A stretch of 64,000 nt of DNA from Octopus sinensis (Eukaryota). The stretch spans positions 18,352,001 to 18,416,000 of the forward strand of contig NC_043003.1 of NCBI RefSeq assembly GCF_006345805.1, in the 5' to 3' direction. The translations under genes and the position numbers were made by a program. The stretch's first letter is position 1, and every line of letters starts with the position of its first letter. Under the pieces are notes generated by a model. The model made no database searches, had not been told where the DNA came from, and saw nothing but the letters and a program-made list of their open reading frames with translations. Below, piece by piece: positions 52,391 through 64,000 of the stretch.

Positions 52391-54398
52391 CCCAATTTAT
52401 ATTCCTGTATGTTATATTTTAATAATTACTGGTATCATTATATATTAATATATTTTATATGTAAATCATATGTTATACATGTATGTATATTCTTGTATTT
52501 GTCATTTTAGTAAATAAATAAATAAATAAATTGACATAATATAATGTCTAAAAGTTGATGAACCACCTATTGATCCCCTCCATTTTCTTATTGCTCTCTC
52601 TCTCTCTCCATATATATATATACGGGATGTTCCGCCTAGGTATGCAAGGTAGGTAGTGCCTATCTTGAATAAAATAGATCAATAGCAACATCTTCCTTTT
52701 ATGGCAAAATATGCACTTAACCCTTTCGTTACTGAATTTATTTTGAGATGCTCTGTGTTTCTTTCAATTACTTTAAATATAACAAAGAATTTAGTAAAAT
52801 AACTTAGTTACCATTGAGCTAGTGTTAGGAACACATATTGTGACTAAGGTTTGGTGGAAGATTTTAATTCAAAACTTATGAAAACAAGAAATTTGTACTC
52901 AGAGCCAGAGCCGGTTTCAGCCAGGCTGGTATCAAAAGGGTTCAATAAAATTATGAAGGTTACTCTGATTACTATGCATAAAATGCAAAATACTTTATTA
53001 TTTTGTAGTTTAGGTAGGTATAATTCGCTCCTGCTTTTCAATCTCAGTATTTAAGCCATGCATAGTACTGTTGTAGTACATATGCTGCATACATTTCTAC
53101 AACACCATTTTCTTAACGTGCTATAAAGGCAGAAATAGATCTGCCTCCGACTCAGTTGTGCACCTGTGTTTCGCTTATTTTTTGTGTGTTTTACTACACA
53201 AATATCACCAACTGCCTACGCTGAGTAAGTACTGATAGCACGTGCCTGATATATGGACCGTTAGCTCCTACACGCATTTTTTTTCTCTCCTTGTTTCTTT
53301 TCTGTGTATCTTTCTGTCGAAGAGCGTAGGCTCGAAAAGACTTGTTCTATTTCTATTCCTGAGCACCATACTAATACATTTGCTTGTTTGTACTCCACCT
53401 GCCTTTGTCTTTTGTTTATTTTCGTAAACCCTCCCATTATATATATATATATAAGTTAATCCAAACAAGAAAACAAAAAGACAACAACGCAAGGATGTGG
53501 AACAAATAAAGTATTATTGGACGCTCAGGAAAGAAGGGAAGAAGGAATATACGTAGACGGTAACTGAAAAAAGCTCATTGTATATATGTGTATATGAGTG
53601 TGTGTGTGTTTATATATGGGTACAGGATGTCACCTGCTATGTAAACAACATGAAATATGAAAACAAACGAGTTAAATACGCAAACAAGAGAAAGAAATGG
53701 AAAACAGGACAAGTAAACACAGAGAATGACCCTTCATCAGTTGTCGGCTGTCTATCTACTTCTCGAGTATTCAAGGACAACTTATGATTCCTCAAAGACA
53801 GTTGCTCCTATAAATTCTAAAATAACATTTAGGATTTATGGAGGGTCGAGAGTGTGTGTGTGTGTGTGTTTGTTCACCATCGATTGACAACCGGCGTTGG
53901 TGTGATTACGTCCCCGTAAGCTACCGATTCAGCAAAAGAAACCGATAGAATTAGTACCAGGCTTTAAAAGAGAAAATAAGTGTTGGGGTCAATACAGTCA
54001 ACTAAAAATTCTCCGAGGTGGTGCCCCAACAAGGCCGCAATCTAATGACTGAAGCAAGTAAAATAAATTATTGTATTAATGTACTTAGGAATTTGTAACT
54101 CTAGGGACTGTAAGCCTAAAACTGCTATAGCACCTACTGTGGTAGGTCCCCCTCAGCCGCATGGATTATTAGTGATAGATTAACTAATCCTCAGTAAATG
54201 AGGCGCTTAAAGTATTTGTTACATTTTTATCTTGAACATGATTTAGGGGGAGATAGTGGCAAAGCCATGCAGCTCTAATGAAACTCACATCTAAGTGCAG
54301 TTTGGCCATGGCCAGAACATATGGCAACAAAGTGTATGTGTGTGTGTGTGTGTGTGTGAGGGAAAGAGAGAGAAGAGAGAGAGTGTGTGTGTGTGTGT

Positions 54399-54432
<34 letters not shown>

Positions 54433-55431
54433 CATTATCGGAATAGGCATTTTGTAGCTATACAAAAAAAATTGTTGTGTGCCAAGGAACTGGCAAAGTG
54501 CTTGATAAACGCAAAATAACAGATTTAGAGTGATAATGGTTTTAAATTTATGCACAAGACCAGCAATTTAGAAGATGGGCCATATCGATTTTATCGACCC
54601 CGACCCCACAGAGACGAAAAGTAAAAGTCTATCTCAGCGGAATTTGAACTCTGAGTGAAAAAGCCGGATGAAATGCCGCTATGCTTTTTGCCCGGCGCAG
54701 TAACAATTCTGCCAGTTTGCAGCCTTTATTTTAATGCATATATAAATATTATCAGTGATAGAAAGGATGCATAAGGGGGCATTGTTTGTGTAAGTTCTGA
54801 TCTAATATATAGATGTGCGCTACGGGGTAATTATAAAAATAGAAAGAATCAAAAGGGGACCATCACAAAAAGAAGTCTAATATTCAGAAACAAAATAACA
54901 CGAAAGGTCTCCATATAGGAAGATTTGGGGCACACTGCTACACACACACACACTTGTTCTCCCTTTCTATCGCAGACAATATTTATGTAAGGAAATAAGG
55001 CGGCGAATTATCAAAATGCTTAGTGAAATTTTGTCCATCTTTTTACGTTCTAATTCTAAGTGTTCAAATTACCACAAGGTCGACTTTTGCCTTTCATCCT
55101 TTCGGGGTTGATAAAATATGTACCAGTTAAGCACTGGAGTCGATGTTTCTGACTACACCCCTCCTCCCAAATTGCTGGCCTTGTACCAAAATTTGAAACC
55201 GGTAGGCATTTTGGACCTGGAACGTAAAGTCGCACGAAATGCTGTTGAGCATTTTGGCCGGCGTGCTAACAATTCTGCCATATCACCGCCTTGATTTGGA
55301 ATAATAATAAAATTGATATGTATGTAAATCAATTAATGTATTGAAATAAGTACATAATGTAATTTCCACCACCACCCTGAACACAATACTATCTCTGGCA
55401 GTCGGACGTTCATAGAATATTTGGCTGCTAG

Positions 55432-55479
55432 AATCATGAATATGTATTATGGACATGGGATGCCTTCATCAGTGTGACT
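55432..55479 (-). ncRNA. Decayed hammerhead motif
   Basis: AGUCACA-CUGAUGA-AGGCAU CCC AUGUCC-AUAA-UACAUA-UU-CAUGAUU. Most defects are CG-to-CA changes. Confidence 0.5.
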
Positions 55480-57151
55480 TTTGAGCTAGCTCCTGCGAAA
55501 GGCTAAATTGGGACCTCGGCCTAAAACTAAAGGTAGCTAAACAGTATGACTTTAATACGTCTATAATGACTATATGCTCCGCTGATGTTTGATCAGAGAT
55601 AAGGACGGATGAGAATTATTTCTGTAGTGCAATCATTCTATTGTTCCAGTTCCAAGTTGAATTCCAATTGTTGGCCAATTTGTCCCAAAGTTCTTATCTC
55701 GACGTAAAATTAACGAAGCAAACGTCATTTATCCCCCCATCCTTGATCCCTGACGTTATCTAACAAACGCCAACTAAGATGCTGTGAATCAGCCAAGCTT
55801 TACTTGCTAGGAATAACAACCCAAATGCTTTTAAATCAGATCCCAATGCTGGATGTTCAAGAACCAAATGAATGGCAGGTTTTCAATCCTGGGATCATCC
55901 TGATTCCAAAAGAGTATAATGTGTCTATGTAGAGATACAGGGGTCCCAAACAGACATACAGAATTTCGCTTTTATTATTTAGCTGGGCGAAATGCTTAGC
56001 GATATTTCGCCTGTCGCTTTGTTCTGAGTTCAAATTCCGTCAAGGTCGACTTTGTCTTTCATTCTTTTGGGGGGTCAATAAATCAAGTACCAGTGAAATA
56101 ATAGAGACACAGGTAGATTAAAGCTGGCATCCGTGTTCACCTTGTCAAGTAAATTGACACATCACCTCCCCTAAAATGGTTGTCCTTGTGGCAAAATTTG
56201 AAACCATTATTATTATTATTATATGCAATTATGCATATATACATACATCATAAACATATATATGGATATATACATGCATATATTATTTCTTTTACTAGGA
56301 GTGTATAAGTGACTGCGTCGGACTTCGGAGTTACTGTTATTCCTCTCCTTGTAGTATATGAATGCATCTTACAAGAACTATTGAAAAGTTCTTCAGTTGG
56401 ATGTAAAATTGTTTTTGTTTTTTTTTATCACAACTCTACTTAAAAACAGATAGACGGACAATAAATGTAGAGACAGACAGACAGATATGAAGCGGCTCAT
56501 ATAGATCATTATAATATTCTTTACTACTCTAGGCACAGGGTCCGAAATTTTTTTTTTAGGGGGGGGGAGTCAGTCGATTAGATGGACCCCAGTACTTAAT
56601 TTATTGATCTCGAAAGGATGAAAGGCAAAGTCGACCTCAGCGGGATTTGAACTCAGAACGTAAAGACAGACGAAATACCCATTTCTTTACTACCCACAAG
56701 GGGCTAGACACAGAGAGAACAAACAAGGACAGACAAACGGATTAAGTTGATTATATCGACCCCAGTGCGTAACTGGTACTTATTTAATCGACCCAGAAAG
56801 GATGAAAGGCAAAGTCGACCCCGGTGGCATTCTTTTCTACTCTAGGCATAAGAACCAAAATTTTTGGGGAGGGGCCCAGTCGATTATATCGACTCCAGTG
56901 CGTAACTGGTACTTATTTAATCGACCCCGAAAGGATGAAAAGTAAAGTCGACCTCGGCGGAATTTGAACTCAGAATGTAACGGCAGACGAAATACCGGTA
57001 AGCATTACGCACTTCATTATAATATTGAAATCTGAGATTTGAGGGCGGGGAGCAACTTCACGCTCATTGAGCCCGCTCGCTAATCGTTTGTAAGCATTCA
57101 ATGAAGAATACGCCTGCATATATTAAAAACTAAATTATTAGGAGAGTATTG

Positions 57152-57558
57152 GGATCTTTTCGATTTGAACGGTAGTTTTTTCTAGAAATTGTCACCCATA
57201 ATTATGACCCTAGTATCGATCTATTGCATTTCTATCAGTTTTAGGGTTAGGGTTGGTTAGGGGTTGGGGGAAGGGTATCTTTTTTCTTCAGAAATGTAAA
57301 TAAACCCAATCTGTTTCTTAAACGAGGGACATATTCATACGGCACAGAATGTTTTCACCTCAATAGACGTCATTGATTGGTTGAAATTGCAAAAATTGAA
57401 GAAAAAAACAACAAATATCTTACAAACTATAGAATTTTTTCAATAAAGCCAAAAGAAAAAGATGTTTTATAAACACATTCTACCAGTATACGAAGTTTAA
57501 AAGTGTTTAGTTACGTGGAAATTATTTTAAAAAACTGCCGTTCAAACCGAAAAGATCC
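57152..57558. mobile_element. Merlin-type MITE, copy 1
   Basis: TIRs GGATCTTTTCG...CGAAAAGATCC with an exact 8-bp TSD GAGTATTG. Confidence 0.85.
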
Positions 57559-57595
57559 GAGTATTGTAGTTCGCTTGAAGCATTGTGTATTGTTT

Positions 57596-57746
57596 GTAAA
57601 GAATAAAAAGTTTTGAATGGTACAACAATACAATATAATACAGACAATGGGGTGTATACCTGATGTAATTTAGTCATCCCAGGTAGATACCCCGTTGTCT
57701 GTATTATAGTGCATTGTTGTACCATTCAAAACTTTTTATTCTTTAC
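57596..57746. repeat. Fold-back inverted repeat, arms of about 65 bp
   Basis: GTAAAGAATAAAAAGTTTTGAATGGTACAACAAT... / ...ATTGTTGTACCATTCAAAACTTTTTATTCTTTAC. Confidence 0.92.
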
Positions 57747-58756
57747 TAAATTATAAGTTAGAGAAACTTTACGAAAGAGAATCAAGGAGTACGTGGGCAA
57801 AACACAAACTTCGTCGTTTATGTACATATCGTTTTATCTTGTATCTGTATACATACTTAGATCAACATTCTTTGTGGCAAAGAGTTTTTTTTTTGTCTAT
57901 TTATTTATTTATTTATTTATTTATTTATTTTTTTGTAATCTTGCAACGTTTACTAAAAAAGGAAATATAACTGTAATTTAGATTACTTTTCCATTTCGCT
58001 ATGCTGACAGTTAATTCCCATAGTTAAGAGCATATAATCAACCAAACACACACATTATTATTATTATTATTATTATTATTAATATAACGTGTTGCACACA
58101 CATACATATCTGAAAAGTGACAATAATTATCTCTGAAAAAAACAAAACAAAAAAAAAACTAATCATTATCATCAACAACTATTAATAATGGCAACAATTG
58201 CTACTGCAACGTATGGTGGATTTCCGTCGTTTCACGACGAGGATTCAGTTGTTCGAACAACTGAATTACCTGCTCTTGAATTAAACGTCTAAGTGACAAA
58301 CCCTAAATGCTATTCTCAAGCAAAGCTCATAGCTTTGTGGGCAAACCTTCCGTATTGGTAGACGACATCATTCAGCCACACAACTCCCCTTTATAGCATA
58401 GATAAATAAGCTAGACTGAAAAAGAGGGTGAATTACGTCATCTCCTCATACCGACACTCTGGAGACCAATACCGAAGGATCGCCAACTTGTGTGTTACGA
58501 AGTTGTAGCTTTTTAATTACAAGTACAATCCACTCAGCAGGCTTCAACATAGTTTCCGTCTACACAGTTTCACTCATACGGTATGAGTCCATCAAGGGAT
58601 ATAGAAATCAACATTTATCCATGATGCCACATAGCGGTATCGAACCTGGAACCTCAGGGAATGCGAAGTAGAAGCAGCTGTTAATGTTAATATATGCCTA
58701 CATACATACATATAGACGGACAGATATATGTATGTCTGTATATATAAAAATATATA

Positions 58757-59183
58757 GGATCTTTTCGGTTTGAACGGCAGTTTTTTCTAGCCGTGTCATA
58801 TGAAATTGTCACCCATAATTATGACCCTAGTATCGATCTATTGCATTTCAATCTGTTTTGGGGTTAGGGTTAGGAGTGGGGGAAGGGTATCTTTTTTTTC
58901 TTCAGAAATGTAAATAAACCCAATCTGTTTCTTAAACGAGGGACATATTCATACGGCACAGAATGTTTCCACCGCAATAGACGTCATTGATTGGTTGAAA
59001 TTGCAGAAATTGAAGAAGAAAAAAACCAACAAATACCTTACAAACTATAGAATTTTCTCAATAAAGCCAAGAGAAAAAGATTTTTTATAAACACATTCTA
59101 CCAGTATACGAAGTATAAAATGTTTTAGTTACCTAAAAATTATGCTAAAAACTGCCGTTCAAGCCGAAAGGATCCAAAGATCC
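58757..59183. mobile_element. Merlin-type MITE, copy 2
   Basis: Same sequence family, 8-bp TSD AATATATA, right terminus duplicated (GATCC AAAGATCC). Confidence 0.85.
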
Positions 59184-60012
59184 AATATATATATTGTACA
59201 CACACATGTGTGTGTTTTCCCCCACCCCCACCTAATGACAACCGGTGTTAGCGTGTTTACGCCCCCGTAACTTAGCACTTCGGCAAAGAAGGCAGATAGA
59301 ATAAGTACCAGTGTTTAAAAAATGTACTGAGGTCGATTACATTCGACTAAAATTCTTCAAGGTTGTGCTGCAGCATGGCCACAGTCTAACGATTGAAACA
59401 AGTAAAAGAATAAAAAAAATAGATACATACATATATAGTTATATATATATATATATACACACACACAAAGTATATTTAATAAAGCAAAACAAAACTTACT
59501 TGATATCCAGGAAAAAAGAAAAAGCAGGGCTCAACCTCTCTTGAACGGGCTTTACGCTATCGTTTCGGATAACAATGTCGCTTTTTGTTTAAGACCTCAA
59601 AAGTTATCAAAAGACTCTTGTTAACATTCCAGCTTTGTGATTCCATCCAAGGTATGAGGGAGGAAGTGTCGACAGCTCTTTTCACATACGTATGTTCGCG
59701 TGAATATTGCTTTTCCAATGCACGTTGACAGAGCATCTAGAGTGCAAGTGCAAGCTGAATTGCATGCTAATTCGAATCAGATTGAATGCGAAAATGCAAA
59801 ACTCATTGAACCATTTGAATTCTCACGTCCTTGTTGTAAATGGTTCTTGTCCGTTACATGTCGGCTTTGCTTTTAAAAATGCCGTTAGTTTCTGATGGCT
59901 GTAGATGGATTTAAGTGAAGTTTTGTATGTAATATATCCGCAGTTCGATCATCAGGTAACATGCATAACGCTTGTGTGCGCGAATTTGTGAGTGTACAAG
60001 TGAATGCGTATT

Positions 60013-60080
<68 letters not shown>

Positions 60081-61538
60081 TGAATGAAAGTGAGGGAGGG
60101 TTAGAAGATGAAAGAAGGACTTAAAGAGATGAAAGGATGAAAGAGAGAGAGAGAGAGAGAGAGAGAGAAGGGGGTAGAGACACAGGTAGATTAAAGCTGG
60201 CATCCGTGTTCACCTTGTCAAGTAAATATGTAGGATATGTGTGTGCTTAGTATGTATGTGTGTTTAGCATGCTTGTGTGTGTGTGAGTGCGGTTGTGCGT
60301 GTAAGGCCATACGGTAGGACATTCATAATTTCACTGTCTCACAGAGATTTATGAACAATAAACCAAGAAGAAGCAAGCTTAATTGAACATACTAATCTGT
60401 ACACCTGTATACACGCATCAAGTTCTCTTTACTTATTATACCCCTCTTCCCCTCCTTTTTCTGATGACACGCACACAAATAATACATACACACATACACA
60501 CATGTATACATATACATGTACGCATATATATATATATATATGTATGTATGTATATCTATATATATATATACACATATGTATATATATATGTATAAATATA
60601 CGTATACATATAAGTATATAGATGTACATATATATGTCTGTATGTATATCTATATAATGTATATATTATGTGTGTGTGTGTAATTATGTCTTTATGACAT
60701 ATTCAAAATTCTTCTCGTCCTTTCTTTCTCCTACATAGAGAGACATTGTTGCTACATCTCTAAATCTCTAATTCTTAATTAAAACAGACGACATTCGGTA
60801 AAAAAAAAAAAAAAAAAGAAATTAAATGATTTGAGATTAGTATTAAAGAATACGTATGTGAATGTGTGTGTGTGTAGTATTGTATGTCGAGGAAAGAGGG
60901 CTTGATTACAGTTGAGATTAATATCTTAATTTGGCCGAGTTAGTCTCTTGCTACTCTGAGTTTCGCAAATATCTGAAGACCCTACGCATCAACAGGCGAA
61001 GCTCGGAGTAGCAAGAGACTGACTCACCCAAAATAATATACATAGATATTTAGATGATTGGTTGTTATGGCTGGTCAGAGAGTGACCATTGGTTCCGCAA
61101 CTATAAAGCACTTAGCTATATAGGCGACTCGCCATACTCAAATGACCGGAGGCACATAACCCAGAGAGAGAGAGAGCAGTTACACGGTTCCTTAGAATCT
61201 AGGTATATCAATCAACATGAAGGAAGCCAGGAATAGCTGGGTGCTTAGTATTGATTGAGCCTACTGTACTTTTTAAGCGACTCTATTAGTGGTCGTAAGT
61301 TGGTACTGTAAGGATGTATATACACACACACACACACACATATTTATATCGAGCTATATAAATATACTAATAAATATATATACGTAGGTACCAGATCCAA
61401 CATAAACCATAGATTCGACACAGAACTGGTTCCAAGAGTGACGTACGTGTAAAAGAAGAACACGAGAGGTTCAAAATTCATTCATACAAACCCCTTATAT
61501 TATATATATATATATATATATAATATATATATATATAT

Positions 61539-61588
<50 letters not shown>

Positions 61589-62231
61589 TGTATATATATA
61601 TATACTGTTATATATATATATAATATATAAAGTACAAAGTGAGATAGGGGTATGAGTGTAACCCACTATGGGATATCATTTATCCAATATACTGCCAGTA
61701 AAGTATATATAATATATAACTGTTTGTATGCATAGAACGTATTAAAGATATTTGAGCCAAACTCAAGAACTCACACTGCAATAAGGCTTGATTCGTTGTT
61801 CCATTAAAAATTCCTGCTTTGGAAGCGATGATCGCTATTTTTTTTTCAGTTAATTTGTTTGTTGCTGATATTAATGTTATTATCATTATTGCTACTGTTG
61901 TTGTTATTGGTGCTGTGTAACGATTATTATTCGTATTTAAAGGCTCCTGTTTGCTTTCCTCTAAAAGTTTTGCTTGATGTTCACCTTTTTTGACACTGAT
62001 TTATTACGGATGATGGTATCGTTGTTGTTTAACACCAGGTCAGCACTCTGATCGAATAAACCTTCTAAAAAATCAAAGATATTTCATCTATGATCATCCC
62101 GTCATTTTTTCTGCAATATATTTATCCAGTTTCCGCTTCGTTTCATGTTTTATATTTTTTTCTTTTTAACAAAAAAACCGAAAAACCGTACGGTATGTAT
62201 AGCTTGAGGGACACTTGGTTGCTATATCTAA

Positions 62232-62460
62232 GAGCTGGCAGACACGTTAGCACGCCGGCGAAATGCGTAGCCGTATTTCGTCTGCCGTTACGTTCTGAGT
62301 TCAAATTCCGCCGAGGCGCGACTTTACCTTTCATCCTTTCGGGGTCGATAAATAAAGTACCAGTTTCGCAGCAACTGGGGTCGTTGTAATCGACTTAATC
62401 CGTTTGTCTGTCCTTGTTTTTGTCCCCTCTGTGTTTAGCTCCTTGTGGGCAATAAAGAAA
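62232..62460 (+). mobile_element. tRNA-derived SINE, family B
   Basis: Matches the 46390 copy, flanked by a TATATCTAAG duplication. Confidence 0.88.
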
Positions 62461-62849
62461 TATATATCTAAGCAGGTCAAGGGACCACATTGTATCTCCC
62501 TCCCATTCGGGGCTCTGGTATAAATTGACGTATAAACTATTTTCTAGGCAGCTATAATCAACTTACCTCTTTTTTCCTTTTTTTCTTTAAATCTTATTCT
62601 TATGCCTCTTACTCCGACTCAACTTCCCTTCACGCAAAAAAACTTTTAAGCCAACCTGTATAAAAGTGTATATACAGTGTGTGTGTGCGTGTATATGTTA
62701 TGCACTATGTGTGCGTGTGTATGTGTGCGTGTGTGTGTGTGTTTTATACACACACATATAATTATTTCGTATAGCCTCCAGTTGTTTTCTCTTATCACTT
62801 TCTTCGACCTCAAATATTCGCACTTGTTCTGCCGCATTCTTTTCCATAT

Positions 62850-62892
62850 ACGTACGTATGAATATGTATGTATGTGTGTATGTATGTATGTA

Positions 62893-62923
<31 letters not shown>

Positions 62924-63413
62924 ATGTGTATGTGTGTGTATGTATGTATGTATGTATGTATGTATGTATGTATGTGTGTGTGTGTATGTATGTATGTATG
63001 TATGTGTATGTGTGTATGTATGTGTGCATGTATGTATGTGTGTGTGTACCTGTATGTATAGATGGAAGGATGTGTGCGTGTGTGTATATATGTATATATA
63101 TATATTAGAGAAAGAGAGAGAGAGAGAGAGAGAGCATGATAAACTCGTGTTTATGTATATGTATGTATATATCTACATATATGTGTGTGTATATCTCTCT
63201 CTCTCTCTCTCTCTCTTTCTCCCTATATATATGCTGGGCCAGTTTATGTAGTACATATGTATGTGTGTATATGTGTGTGTGTTAAACCAGTTTTTGTAGT
63301 AGTACGTAAGTATGTGTATATGCATATATATACTATATATATATATATAGAGAGATAGAGAGAGAGAGAGAGAGATAGAATAGATAGATAGACAGACAGA
63401 TAGATAGATAGAT

Positions 63414-63480
<67 letters not shown>

Positions 63481-63490
63481 GGATAGATAT
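62850..63490. repeat. (TATG)n, (GA)n and (GATA)n microsatellites
   Basis: Direct inspection. Confidence 0.95.
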
Positions 63491-64000
63491 ACTTATGTGT
63501 GTTTATACGTTTTCTGGGCTACTTTCCTCCTCTCGCGTCTTTGATACATACACGCACATAATATATATATTATAAATATATGCACACACTTGTTCTTGTG
63601 GAGAAATGTCCTCTCAACACCTGTTCTAAGTCTGACAACGGTGTGACCCGTTCATCTCCCCCCCCTGTCACCCCAATATCACCCACCACCACCACCACCA
63701 CCACCTCCGTCACAAACGCCACTATCACCGTACCACTCACCACCACTACCACCATCACCATCACCATCGCCACCATTGCTGTTCTATCTGTTTTCTATTA
63801 TTGACATAACTATCTTTAAAAGCTTCCTCCCTTATGCCTATCATTGTGTATGCTAATGTTCACACACACACTTTCTTAGTCACATACACTTAGCAATATA
63901 CATTTGATTTCTTTTTGTTATATATATATTACTACACATTCTGTCTTCCTGAACACACACACACACACCACATACACGCATATCCCATATCTCACATACA

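Noticed and set aside
53715-53760. Minus-strand CTGATGAAGGG motif
   Set aside because: No downstream GAAA or stem III.
57241-57270. Telomere
   Set aside because: Only 2-4 imperfect TTAGGG units, internal to a MITE.

Overview
AT-rich animal genomic DNA saturated with microsatellites and transposons. The SINE families and (TA)n/(CA)n/(TATG)n load look like an Octopus (coleoid cephalopod) genome; this is inferred from recalled repeat families, not from a search. No intact protein-coding gene is evident, and almost all ORFs in the track are microsatellite or SINE artefacts. Recognisable content: three tRNA-derived SINE families, RTE-type LINE remnants, an internally deleted mariner, hAT, piggyBac, pogo and Merlin-type MITEs, Helitrons, Penelope-like (Naiad-type) ORF and GIY-YIG fragments, a 13 x 73 bp minisatellite and several local duplications. 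The main hidden signal is about ten sequence-unrelated type I hammerhead ribozyme motifs, from intact to decayed. Most sit in short modules in or beside (TA)n-type microsatellites. Several have long stem II insertions, palindromic stem III and flanking inverted repeats, and one is attached to a Penelope-like ORF. There is also a candidate spliced minus-strand transcript and two promoter-like regions. All folding and motif calls were made by eye.
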